In this document: positions 41,801-54,179 of the stretch, piece by piece
Position numbering within the stretch: position 1 is the first letter of the stretch
How the letters are laid out: every line of letters begins with the position of its first letter
Source: Vicugna vicugna
Lineage: Eukaryota
Direction: 5' to 3'
Length of the DNA stretch: 64,000 nt
Assembly (NCBI GenBank): GCA_013265495.1
Contig: MU058453.1
Span: 62,001 to 126,000, forward strand
The notes under the pieces: generated by a model
Seen by the model: only the letters and a program-made list of their open reading frames with translations
What the model was told of the DNA's origin: nothing
The model's database searches: none
Program-made: the position numbers and the translations under genes

Positions 41801-43278
41801 GCTTACTTGTCTGTATTTCCCATACACGGCAAGACCCTTTGATGGCAGAGGTGATCATTGTTCACACATGGTGGCTATGCATAGAAATATGACTTGCTGA
41901 ATGAGGACTTGGGGGCAAAAATCCCAGGCAGTAACTTTTTACACTGAGACTGTATAGCTTTCCCCTTAGGACCGAAAACAATGCTGGGGATGGGATGAGG
42001 TTACCACAAAGAAAGAGTCGTAGCTGAGCAGCTGACTGACCTGTACTGACCAATGTGTAAAGCGGTTTGGCTTCATTGGAAGGCAAGCTGACACTGTTGA
42101 GAGCAGAATTCAGCTTCCCTCCAGTAGTGTCTTTAAAAGGCTAACTCTCTCTTATCATGAAGTCGCACACCCAACCCTGCAGAACATTCCACCCAAACTC
42201 AACATCACTTTTCTTACACATATAAAAGCTGCTAAATTTACAATGAGAACAAAACAAAGGGCAACTCTAGAAAACATAGTATAAGGACTCCTAGCACTAC
42301 TTTCCTTATTAGTCTTTGGTTTTCTGGATAGTATTATCTTTGGGATCAGCTCTTGAATTTCACCATAAGTCCCATTAAACTGACATGCAATGTTCTTCTA
42401 AGTTCGCAACATTATGTTGTTTCAAGTGTCTTAATGGGTAAGAATGGAATATTAGCATATAAAAATCTGTTCTTAAGCAGCACAAAAACAAAGCTAAATT
42501 CTACCTTCTCTTTAAGATTATTTAGACAACCTGACATGGCACTGGGAGAAGCTGCACACATTTTCTCTACCACAGCAGCAGTGGGAAGACAAGTCTCCTC
42601 CTGTAGTCTGACAATAACAGTGTATCATCATAAATACGGAACTGCCTTAGGAAGCAACTGGAAACACTGAATAATTATGGACAGGAAGAATAGCATCAAC
42701 TGAGAGAAAGTTCAGCATCAACTGAGTCCAAACTCAAGTATCTGTTACGAGACCAAGGTTCAGAAGTTTCCCGGTGGTCACCATCTGATCCAACTCCCTA
42801 CTGCTGTCTGGTTCCTTGCCTCTCTTAACCCCACTTTCCTCATGAAAATGAGGATGATAATGCCTGCCCCATTGGCTTATTGTGGAAGCTCAGTTGGACA
42901 GGAAACAAAAAGCTCTGACATTGTTGATACAGAGTTAACGCAGCAATAATCGCTTGATATGCTGCTTAGGTGTTTTTATGGTTCCCCAATCAAACATGCC
43001 GATTTAATTAAAAAATGACTCCTGATTCCCCCCCATTGGCCCTAGCTGTGTGGGGAGGGTGGAGGGGAGAGTGCAGTAAGGAAGGGATGCGAGTGCGGCA
43101 TGAGGCTGAGGAGTTATGGGGAGCCCAGATTGCCTTTTCTGCATTCAAGGTCTGACCAAATGGGCTTGAAAAAGCAAGTGTCTTCATTTAAGAAGGTGAC
43201 AATAAAATGAGGAACTTTTTAAAGAATGGACTTGTCAGTAACGAAGCCAACAGACGATATGAAGAGCTTGCTTTTCTT

Positions 43279-43459
43279 TTTTTTTTAACATTTTTTATTG
43301 ATTTATAATCATTTTACAATGTTGTGTCAAATTCCAGTGTTCAGCACAATTTTTCAGTCATTCATGGACATATACACACTCATTGTCACATTTTTTTCTC
43401 TGTGATTTATCATAACATTTTGTGTATATTTCCCTGTGCTATACAGTGTAATCTTGTTT
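43279..43459 (-). mobile_element. Very short 5'-truncated L1 insertion with a perfect 17-bp TSD
   Basis: TSD aagagcttgcttttctt at 43262-43278 and 43460-43476. Poly-T followed by the reverse complement of the L1 3' end seen at 38.2-38.36 kb. Confidence 0.93.
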
Positions 43460-43580
43460 AAGAGCTTGCTTTTCTTGAAATGTGTCCATTTCCGTGAGTT
43501 ATCCAGAGCCAGCTCTCTCTGGCTGACAAGTGTCTTCTAGAATTTGTAACAAAGATTACATTAAATAAAACATAAAGATT

Positions 43581-44033
43581 CTGTACAGCTAGTCTCCAAA
43601 GATGGTGCCACAATGAACCATTCCTCTTTTCAGTCACGCCCCTGTGTAACTCCCTCTCCTTGACTGTAAGTTGACAGTGACTCACTCTTGACCAACAGAA
43701 TGCAGAGAAGGAGATGCTGTGGGCACAGAGAGCAGAGGCTGGGAGGGAGGAAGACTTGCAGCTTCAGTCTTAACCCTCACTCTTGAAATGCTTCCTCTCA
43801 GAATACTCTACCCATGCAGCAAAGCCCAAGTCATATATGAAGAGGCCAGTGGGCCTTATTTTGATTGTAGCTCCAGCTGGCATGTGACTGTAACGGCATG
43901 AGCTGTCCCAAGCAAGAACTGCCCAGCTGATCCCCCAATTTGATGACTCAAATTGAGTAAAATAATAATAAATTAGTATTTAAACATCCTAAGTTTTGGG
44001 GTGTTTCTTAATGCAGCAAAAGATCACAGGAAC
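43581..44033 (+). mobile_element. MaLR (MLT1) LTR
   Basis: 5' tgtacagctagtctccaaagatgg...cacgcccctgtgtaactccctc and 3' ctaagttttggggtgtttcttaatgcagcaaaagatcacaggaaca. Confidence 0.8.
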
Positions 44034-44174
44034 AGATGCCTATCAAGACTGTTGACAGAGTATATGGTACACATAAAACAAGTTTGGTTGGTTGGATCTA
44101 AGTTTTATTAGAGTTTATGATTTTTGAATCAACTGCTATCCAGCTGATGTCAAAAGCTTGGTAGAGATTACTGA

Positions 44175-44340
44175 TACGGTATTAAAACCATCCAAGATGA
44201 GTCCATTTTAACTTTGCTGAAGTTAAGATGCATCTTACCATGAATGAGATTGTATAATTGACATTATTTTTTTCTTTCTTAGAAGTACTGAAAAATGCAT
44301 CTTACAATTGATGGCATCTTAGATCTTAAAATACAATATA
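44175..44340. mobile_element. TcMar-Tc2 (MER104/Kanga-like) fossil
   Basis: Repeated gatgcatcttac motifs and a terminal caattgatggcatcttagat...aaatacaata. Confidence 0.45.
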
Positions 44341-47300
44341 TTGAATCAATAGCCTAAAAGACTCCTGCTTGTGTGGACTGCCTCAAAATTTCCTGGAGAG
44401 TCCATTTTAGTAGGTTTCTGGTCCTCCATAGATCAGCAGGATATCTTGGGGCAGGATCCAGGCATTTGCACCTAAACAAGTTTTCCAGGTAATCCTTATG
44501 TGTAACAATGTCTGAAAAACCCTGATTCAGGTAGCAAAATCTTTGTACTACTTTAGAAAATTAGGTGACCAGACCCATGTTATTTTAGCTCCCCACTGAC
44601 TCATGTTCATTAAATCATAATTGGCATTTGACTTGTGACACTTGTAGAGTCTCGAATTGAGTGCTTCAGTGAAGAAAGATAAAAATACTCCTAGTTTCTT
44701 TTAAAAACCCCATAAAGTGTAATTTCTATTTTATTGCTCAATGAAAAGTCATTTTAGAGATTATAATAATGACCTCTTCCTTCTTGCTACATAGTTTTTT
44801 ATCTATTATTGGTGTTTCAGTGATCCAATTGCCTCTATGACATCTACTCAAAACTATCTCAAATATGTATGCTGCATTATTTCAACATCACGTTCAATGT
44901 TAAAAGACTTAGATATTATAATTAAAAATTTCATATATTAATTAATTATCTTCCCTGAAGAACATGTGAAAATGTTTCTTAAATTGAGATACATTAATCC
45001 TCTAAAAGTTGGTATAAAATTGCACAAACAAAACATAATTTCTCAATATTTAAATTTTTCTTCCTATGTTTGAATTACGTAGGAAAGCGTACTTGTTTTG
45101 CAAACATGAAACAGATTACCTCCAGGCATAAAAATGGCCTATTGCTTAGCTCTTTAATGCCCTTTCCCTAGAAATGCAGAAATTGTTGAGTCAGTTGTGA
45201 AATTAAATTGGACATTTCACACCCTGATAGTCATGTTACTAGTTACGTATGGCTTCTTTTTTGTGCACTGAAGTACAGCTTGCAGGCAAATACGCCAAGC
45301 AGGGCTGCAGCCTTCAGCAGCTTCGGTGGTCTTCCATCTAGTGAAAATTAAAACCATCGAAATAGCTTTATAGAATTGCAGTCATCACTTTCCACCTCAT
45401 GCAAAGTACGTTTTCCAAAATTTTATTTTTGGAATGGTTGCTTAAATTCTAACTTTGACAACATGGGGACTGAAGTACATGTTAATAAAATTGTAGGGAG
45501 TGAACTTGGCTTCATATGGTGACAGAAAAGGAGAGCAGATTGCATAACAATCATCTTTACCTTATGGCTTTGTACACAGAACTGCATCTTGTATAGCAAT
45601 CCGAATTCAACACTTACGCAACACATGTTTATTCAGTAAGTTCTGTAAATAGAATAAATTCTATGAAGGTATGAATATGCTGCAATACACAGAATCAGTT
45701 TATGGTAATATTTTGGAAATTGAAAACACTAGCAATTTTATTTTTAATTGAAACTACTTTCAACATGAAACAAAGGGAGACAGTTCACATTAGAAAAACA
45801 GATGTATCCAGGGATCAACACACTAAAATATACCCTGAATATTTGTGATTTTGCACAAGAATTAACATGCTATTTATTACAAATATCCACTGTCTTTTTC
45901 TGACTGTGAATCTGAATGCTACAGCTCTTTTCAAAAGCTATTATTTTTAAGCAGTGGACGACAGTTGAAATTCTCCCATTCATCTGAATTTAGGTAAAAT
46001 AAGCTTGTTCCACATTATTTCACGTCACATGAGAGATACTATCTACTAAGCTAACGCCATTCCAAATCAAGGAAATGTCCTTTGATGATGACCAACCATA
46101 ACTGCTAACTGTCTGAACTGTCACAGCACAAGCAAAACATAGCTACCAGGAGTACTGAGTTGGGACTTAAAATGCTCTAAAAATTGAGATTAATGACTAA
46201 CAACATCTGATAAAAGAACATTTCAATCTTTTGAATCATAAAATATCAGTAATTCAACTGTTGGAACAACTAAATAACTCCTCCCATCATGAAACCATCA
46301 GTGTAGGATAATTATATTTTGCGTCTCTATAGTTTTATTATTTTTCCTTTCTCTAGTGTAAGCAGTAGCAGCTGAAGCACGGGGGTAACGCAGGGGCTGC
46401 GTTGGTGGTCACAATCATGACAGCAGTCAGGGCCGCCGCGTGTGGAGCGTTTGTTACATGCTGAGCACTGGCTTAAGTGCCGTGTCCCACCTGAGAGGTT
46501 ATGAAAATAGCCTAAGATTCTGTAGCTATTAAATGAGAGAGAGTGGGTGATGGACTCCTAGTTTGACTCTAAAGTTTTCATCTTTACCAAAATGATAAGT
46601 ATTATGACTTTGTCTGTAAACTTAGTTTTGAGAGACTTGACTAAAAATTTATTAAAATTTAATACATTGTCTTACACGGAACAATATACTTTATGATACG
46701 TGAGTACTTATTTTGTCAATAATTTTCATAATGATCTATCCTTGCACACGGTAGTATTCCCCACATGTTACCTATGAGTGTTTAGTTTTCAGTTTGCAGT
46801 CTTGTCGGGCTACTGTAGGAATTACACACCTGTGATTTACAATCAAGTGAACCAGGAGTACAAGAGTCAGAATCAAGTTGCCAAGAAAGGGACTAGTTTA
46901 TTTAGGGAAATGGTGTGAAATATTAGTACTCATATTTTAGGACCTCAGATTCTCAGCCAATTTACCGGACAGATGTTACAGATATCTGTAAATAGCGGAT
47001 ATCTCAATTTAACCAAAGTAAATAAAGTAAATAAAAATCAAAGTAAATGACCCAAAGCAAATGAATATGGCCTACAAATATGTTTACCTGCCGAGGATCT
47101 AACACCTGATCAATAGGCGAGGCCAAATAAACCCAAAAGAGGGCCAGCTAAAGCAAAGAACCAAGAGTGCAACTCTGCAGATGCCTGACTGACTCACAAG
47201 TGAATGTATTTTTTCAGTTCAAAAAACATGATTCAGAAAGGTGTGTCCAAACAAGCTCAATTATTGATGAGAACTGCACAGTCTGCATGTGAGAAGACGC

Positions 47301-48189
47301 ACAGGAACCCTGAGAATGCTTTGCTGCATTGCTTAGAATAGTTACAGATGTCAGGTCACTGCTGGTGGGACTGGTCTTAAGAGTGCCATTTGCAAAATAG
47401 TATTTGCCAAAGTTCACGGGACTCTCCCTCTGAAAACCACAGGCAAACTTCCTTTTACACAAAGTTCTGTGTTTCTTTAACAAAGATACTGTGACTGATC
47501 CCAGTGTAACTATTATTTCTGTTGTTCTTACATAATAGGCTTGAATTAACACGTCTAGGGTGTCTTAAATACATATTTCAGATTTTTATGACCAATATGA
47601 TTGCCTCATTAGGAAATTAATTACTTTAATTGTTGGACAAACTACCAAAAGTCAGTGCAAGTTTTCACGGAGTAGCCCTTTCAACATTCAAAAAGGTCAT
47701 TTGTTCAAAGTATTTTAATTTTGTTTTCATCTTGAAATATGCTTGAGGTATATTTAATACGTTATGCATTCCTTATTCTACCATTCATGGACAGAATATT
47801 TTTACTAACTCATAGATTATCTGTGCTATTATTATTTTTAGTTTATATTGGAATTAAGACATTTCAGAAAATATATTCAGGAGAAGCATCTACTTAACAT
47901 AATTTGGTTTTTAAAAATAAAAATGAGGGATAAAAATCTTGCATGATAAAATATGTATTTTTGGAATGGATGAGAATGTGGAATAATATATAATAATTGA
48001 ATGAGTGGGTTCAAATAAGCAGAAAATACTGGTGCCAGATTCAGTCACTCATTAATAAAGGATATGCTGAAAAAGAAGCAAAAGCTGTGTAATATGCAAA
48101 CACTAGTATTTTTAACACTTATGAAAACTGAGTGCATTTAAAGCAATATTATACAGGATATTGATGTTGTACATTTTGTTTTTATAAAA

Positions 48190-49207
48190 CTCAAACTTTT
48201 AAAAATTTTAGATAATTGTAAATTCCCATGCAGTTGTAAGAAATAATGCCAAGAGATCCCATTTACCTTTACCCATTTCCTCTCAAATGTAACATCTTGC
48301 AAAACTATGGCTCAGTATCGTAACCAGGGTATTGATACTGAAACAGTCAAGACAGAGCATTTCCGTCCCCACAAAGATCTCTTGTTGTTCTTTTACAGCC
48401 GCACCGACATCCCTCACCAAGCACCTCTCCTTCCTGTCTTCTCAACTCCTGGCAACCACTCATCTGTCCTCCTTTTCTATAATTTTGTCATTCCGAAGTG
48501 TTATATAATCATTCTGTATATAACCTTTTGGGATTGGCTTACGTCACTCAGCAAAATTCTCTGAGATTCACTGAAGTTGTTGTATTTTATCAGTATTCTT
48601 TTGTTTCTTGCTCAGAAATATTCCAAGTATGGATGTGCCACAGTCTGATTAACTATTCACCCACTGGAGGACATCTGGGTTGGTTCCAGATTTTGGCTAT
48701 TATGAATAAATGTACCAGAATCATTTGTGTAGAGGTTTTTTTGTGGGACCATAAATTTTCATTTATCTGGGATAAATGCCCAGGAGCCCAATTGCTGGAT
48801 CACATAGAAGTTGCATGGTTGGCTTTTAACAAACTGCCTAGCTAGATTCCAGAATGGCTGTTCCATTTTACATTCTCAACAGTCAGGTTGAATGATGATT
48901 CAGTTTCTCCACATCCTCACCACTATTTGATAGTGCCATCATTGTTTTTTAACTATTCTAATATGTATATGGTCATATCTCACTGTGGTTTTAAATTGCA
49001 TTTCCCTAAAGGTTAATGATGTTGAGTGTATTTTCTTGTGTTAATTTGAACTCTGTATGTTCTCTTCAGTGAAATGTTTATGTTTCCCATTTTTCTAGTT
49101 GGGTTCTTTGACTTTTAACTCTTAAGTTTTAGGATTCTTTACATATTCTAGACACCAGTCCTTTATTTAATATATGGTTTGCAAATACTTTCTCATAATA
49201 TGTAGCT
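48190..49207 (-). mobile_element. Old L1 (L1M-type) 3' region, left half; split by the ARPP19 retrocopy
   Basis: Antisense L1 3'UTR/ORF2 motifs (gcagttgtaagaaataat, ttccagattttggctattatgaataaa, ttgcaaatactttctc). Confidence 0.9.
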
Positions 49208-51768
49208 AGTCGGGGAGGTGGGGCGGGGGCAGCGGCGGGGNNNNNNNNNNNNNNNNNNNNNNNNNNNNNNNNNNNNNNNNNNNNNNNNNNNNNNNNNNNN
49301 NNNNNNNNNNNNNNNNNNNNNNNNNNNNNNNNNNNNNNNNNNNNNNNNNNNNNNNNNNNNNNNNNNNNNNNNNNNNNNNNNNNNNNNNNNNNNNNNNNNN
49401 NNNNNNNNNNNNNNNNNNNNNNNNNNNNNNNNNNNNNNNNNNNNNNNNNNNNNNNNNNNNNNNNNNNNNNNNNNNNNNNNNNNNNNNNNNNNNNNNNNNN
49501 NNNNNNNNNNNNNNNNNNNNNNNNNNNNNNNNNNNNNNNNNNNNNNNNNNNNNNNNNNNNNNNNNNNNNNNNNNNNNNNNNNNNNNNNNNNNNNNNNNNN
49601 NNNNNNNNNNNNNNNNNNNNNNNNNNNNNNNNNNNNNNNNNNNNNNNNNNNNNNNNNNNNNNNNNNNNNNNNNNNNNNNNNNNNNNNNNNNNNNNNNNNN
49701 NNNNNNNNNNNNNNNNNNNNNNNNNNNNNNNNNNNNNNNNNNNNNNNNNNNNNNNNNNNNNNNNNNNNNNNNNNNNNNNNNNNNNNNNNNNNNNNNNNNN
49801 NNNNNNNNNNNNNNNNNNNNNNNNNNNNNNNNNNNNNNNNNNNNNNNNNNNNNNNNNNNNNNNNNNNNNNNNNNNNNNNNNNNNNNNNNNNNNNNNNNNN
49901 NNNNNNNNNNNNNNNNNNNNNCGGCGCGGCTGAGGGCGGGCCCGCGGTGGCGGCGGGCGGCGGGGGGCCCGAGGCGGCGCGGCGGCGGGCGGCCTCGGCC
50001 ACCCCGGCAATCGCATCTCCTCCCGACGGCTCATCCGCAGAGGGAGCAGTATGTCCGCTGAAGTCCCCGAAGCAGCCTCCACGCAGGAGCAGAAGGAAAT
50101 GGAAGATAAAGTGACTAGTCCAGAGAAAGCTGAAGAAGCAAGATACCGTCATCTGGGGCTAAAGCCTGGAGGTTCAGATTTTTTAAGGCAACTGTTGCAG
50201 AGAGGGCAAAAATATTTTAATTCTGGGGATTACAACATGGCTAAAGCAAAAATGAAGAACAAGCAGCTTCCTACTGCAGCCGCGGGTAAGACGGAGGTCA
50301 CCGGTGACCACATTCCCACTCCACGGACCGTCCTCAGCGGAAAGCATCTCTTGTAAGTAAGCTGGCTGGATGATTATAAGAGCTGTACTGCACGAATCCT
50401 CTAATTCCTGTTATTTCTCCTTAATATGCTACTTCTCTGCTTTTTGTTTCGTTTCATTCACGAGGTCATTTGAGACTGATTGCTTTGCAGGTAGCGGTAC
50501 TGTGCGCTTGTAAAGGAATATACATGTGTAGGGTTTTTTTTTTTTCTTAGTTTAGCAGTGCACTGATGAAAACAGCATGTTAGAGCAACATAAAATAGTC
50601 AATCTACTTGGAAATAATTGTATATATTAACTCACTCGTAGTATAGGGCTGGTTCCAACAAGTAACAAGCAAGTTTTACAATTTTAATGTTATGGCTTTC
50701 TTTAACTCATCTTAATTTTAGCTTTGTATGTTACTCTTATTTAATATAACCTCTATTGTATTGATTTTTTCTGTATTTTTCCTTTGGATTTTGTAAAACA
50801 GAAGTTTAAGACCACAAGTTAGAAGAAAGGTCACATAGGTCAAACACGTAGATGGGGCTCCAGAAGATTTGTATCCTGTGCTTGAACCTGAATGGCCTTA
50901 AATCTGTTTCAGCTTTAACAATAGAATTTTACTTGGGCAATACTTGCCCGTCCTCGTGTAACTATGTGACTAGTGCTTAACAGCTGTGGCTGAAGCTGGT
51001 ATTCGTCCTCAGTGCTGCAGTGTTAGGATGCCTTTTGTTGCTGAAGATGTGAATGAAGGGTGCATGTGCATTGACTGTTGAATTCACTTTTGTGCCATTT
51101 TTGTAAGTACAATAGTTTTGCACAACCTCTCACAAATGTCTGTATTAATTTCACATATTAAAAAGTAGATGATGTGCCAACCAGAAGCAGAAGAGTTCCT
51201 ACGCAAAACTCTGTATGTCATCAGAGCTTTTGTATAGAAAGACTAGTTTACAATCATGGGGCTATAGAATAGCAAACTAAAATCTCTGCTCGGTCTGCCG
51301 CAGACTTAGGCTTTTCCGTGCATCACTAATAACCCGTGACACCCAGTGGCCTTGTGTAAACACGATGTGTTGCTTAGGCATATCTTTTGTCTTATGCAGA
51401 ACACTTCATTTTGACTTTTATGAAAATTATAATTCACGTAATTTATATAAACTTTTTTAATACAGAAACTTTTTACTTCCACAGTCAATTTTGGGGACAC
51501 TGGAATAAAGTGCTTTCCCTCCTGTGGCCCCTTCCTCCTTTTTTTTCTGTCTTCTTTGACTCACGTTGGGCTGTGCTGTTCGGTCTGTTCAGAAGCATAG
51601 ATGTCTATACCTTTACTCTTGAAGGCTGCTCTGTTGAATGCTGTATTTTCTAACACAATAATGATATTTTCCTTATAATTTCCCAGTTGTTAATTAACTA
51701 CTCTTAATCCTGCATTATTACTAATATTTGATAATTGTTTAAATAAAAGGAACTTTATAATGAAACAA
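49208..51768 (+). pseudogene. ARPP19: Processed retrocopy of ARPP19 (cAMP-regulated phosphoprotein 19)
   Basis: Intronless [62 protein letters not shown] at 50051-50356. GC-rich 5' leader, ~1.4-kb 3'UTR, AATAAA at 51742-51747, short A remnant. TSD aatatgtagct at 49197-49207 and 51769-51779. Has a 12-nt deletion (KLKA) and a late 1-nt frameshift. Confidence 0.96.
49241..49921. other. Assembly gap within the GC-rich 5' leader of the retrocopy
   Basis: Run of N flanked by almost pure G/C sequence. Confidence 0.99.
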
Positions 51769-51779
51769 AATATGTAGCT

Positions 51780-52230
51780 TGTCTTTTCAGGCTTGTAACA
51801 GGGTCTCTTGCAGATAATTTTTTTTTTTTAATTTTGAGGTTCAATTTACTATTTTTTCCTTATAAACCACATTTTCTGGTAACAAGGTCTCCTTTTTTAT
51901 ATGTTGCTTGGTTTCACATTTTATGTTCTAAGTTCATGACCCATTTTAAATTTTTTTTTTTTTTGGTATAAGGTATAAGATTTAATTTAAGGGTTTTTTT
52001 GTTTTGTTTTTTTTTAACCTATAGTGGTTCACTTGCTTTAGCACATGTTTTGGAACAGATATATTTCCTCTATTACAGTGATTTTGCACCTTTATTGATA
52101 GGAATATATTCTGGGGTTGTTAGGTAGAATGTTCTATGAATGTTGACTGGGGCCTATTGGTTAATGGTGGTGTTTAGTTCTTCTGTAACTTATTGTTTGT
52201 CTGTATAGTTGTTTTATCAACTCTTGAGGG
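51780..52230 (-). mobile_element. Old L1, right half, resuming after the retrocopy TSD
   Basis: gtagcttgtcttttc...aattttgaggttcaattta...catgacccattttaaa continues the antisense L1 ORF2 sequence interrupted at 49207. Confidence 0.8.
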
Positions 52231-52394
52231 TGTCTAAAAAGATCCTAGGATGAAACACAGGCTGTCCAGGGTTATGATTCATTCAAAGGTCATTGTGCTG
52301 TTAGACATAATAATTCTAAGTCATATGTATGTTTTGGCCACTCATGCAACTCATAGCATAAAATCTCAAAATATTTCTGTATTATCTAGTGTAC

Positions 52395-52735
52395 CCAGTA
52401 TATCTGTTAAGCTTTCGCCGCAGAAATAGAACCAGTAAGAGATGGTATATATTAAAGAAATTATAAATTATAAGGTGGTAGCCTATTGTGAGAGCTGGTT
52501 AAGGGAATCAAAGTCTGCAGGCTGTGCTCTCAGGAAGGGCAGTTTGAAGCTCTCAGGCAAGTGGTGAAGCTGAGGTCCACGGGTCATATTTCTTATTATT
52601 CAGATGAGAGTCAACTGATTTTGAAATTTAATCCCATCTTCCAAGTACTATCATGGTAACATGTTGATAAGTATTTGATTAAATAACTGGGGGTTGTGGC
52701 CTGGCTAAGTGGACACATGACATTGACCATCACAC
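52395..52735 (-). mobile_element. ERVL LTR (MLT2 family)
   Basis: gcagaaatagaaccagtaagagat at the start and ctggctaagtggacacatgacattgaccatcaca at the end, the antisense MLT2 layout. Confidence 0.7.
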
Positions 52736-52739
52736 CTAG

Positions 52740-53070
52740 CTTCATTAATCAAACTGTCACTCCTTCAGATGTTTCTTCAAGAATCCCTTCTAAGTGATTT
52801 GTTTCTCTAGCTCCTACACTTAGAATTGTACCACCTCCCACCAAACACTTCTTAGTCTTCTCATCTGCTTTACTTTGTTTTCTTAGCATGAGTTGTTATC
52901 TTTCACAATCTATATTTTACTTATTTAATTTGCTTCCCCCTCCATTAGAACATAAATACCACGAATAATCTGGTATTTTTGTTTTTTCTGATCTGTTGTT
53001 ACAGCTCTGACAACTAGTATGAGATTTTGCATAGAGTAGACACTCATTAAATATTTGTTGAATGGATGAG
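52740..53070 (+). mobile_element. L2 3' end
   Basis: Ends with gcatagagtagacactcattaaatatttgttgaatggatga, the canonical L2 terminus. Confidence 0.75.
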
Positions 53071-53843
53071 CAACATTAAACAGATAGTGGCCTGATGTCC
53101 ACAGTAGTTTATATAATGTAAATGTAAACAGAAAATGGTAGTGGGTAAGGAAGGTATGATGCACTAGCATTAAATAATGAAATAACACAGCATGATTTGT
53201 AAATTCAAAAGTATTCTGAAAAAGAGCACTACTTTTCAACATTTTAAGCTGAAAGTGAACATTTCTATTTACCATTACATTTAGAATTATTTGAAGTTTC
53301 CTAATAGAGTGTGCTAGTTGCATGGAAAGAACTCTAAAACTGTTTAATATTCTGAGAAGATAATCTTTTTATTTCAAAATGCATTCATTGTTTATTGACA
53401 TTATATCTCTAATAATATTTCAAGAAAATAGCAATACTGAGTTGAATATTAAAATGTCACAAAATGCTTATCGGCACTACCAAACTTTAGACTATACACA
53501 TTATTTGACTCAACACTTCCACTGTTAAATCTCTCTCCTATAAAGATACTTTCAAAGTTTAGAAAGAGAGTTGTAGAAGGATGTGCATCACAACACTGCT
53601 TACAAAGGCAAAAATAATAACCTCAGTGTTTGTCAGAAGAGGATTGGTTACATAAAATAGTGTACATTCATGTTACAAAATACTGTATAACAGGTTAAAA
53701 GAAAGAGGCAAAACCATTTTTGGTAACTTTTTCAAGTACATTAAGTAAAAAGTAAGAATGCAAAAGAGTATATGTATTATGAGCCCTGCATATTAACAAA
53801 GATAAATGTGTATTTTTAAGTATGCTTGCATATTAAGAAAGAA

Positions 53844-54179
53844 TTGCTAAAACTGGACAATGCGGAAATGAAGAGGGACGCCGCAAAGTCAGGGCCCAGT
53901 TGGGAAGACAGTTCAGAGTCTGGTCCAGGAGAGAATCTTGTCAGGTGGCGGGTTGTCGAGCGAGTGAAGGATGCTAGATGGGTGGGCGAGTGACTAACGG
54001 AGAATCCTGTCATCCCCAGGCAGAGGAGGAGCAGGACGACACGGAGAGGGTGAAGCCGGACAACAAGAGGGTCCTCTTCAACCTCCTACCGGCCCACGTC
54101 GCCCTGCACTGCCTCATGGCCAACCCCCGGAACGGGGTGAGTGTGCGGCCTGCGTGGCAGTGCTTCCCGGGCCCTGAGA
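53844..54179 (+). pseudogene. ADCY1: Isolated duplicate of one ADCY1-like exon (54020-54136) with intron flanks
   Basis: 336-bp ungapped copy of 59366-59701 (9 mismatches by my count). The exon encodes AEEEQDDTERVKPDNKRVLFNLLPAHVALHCLMANPRNG with intact ag/gt. Confidence 0.93.

Noticed and set aside
49129..50152. ~300-aa ORFs upstream of ARPP19
   Set aside because: Artefacts of translating through a 681-nt N gap.
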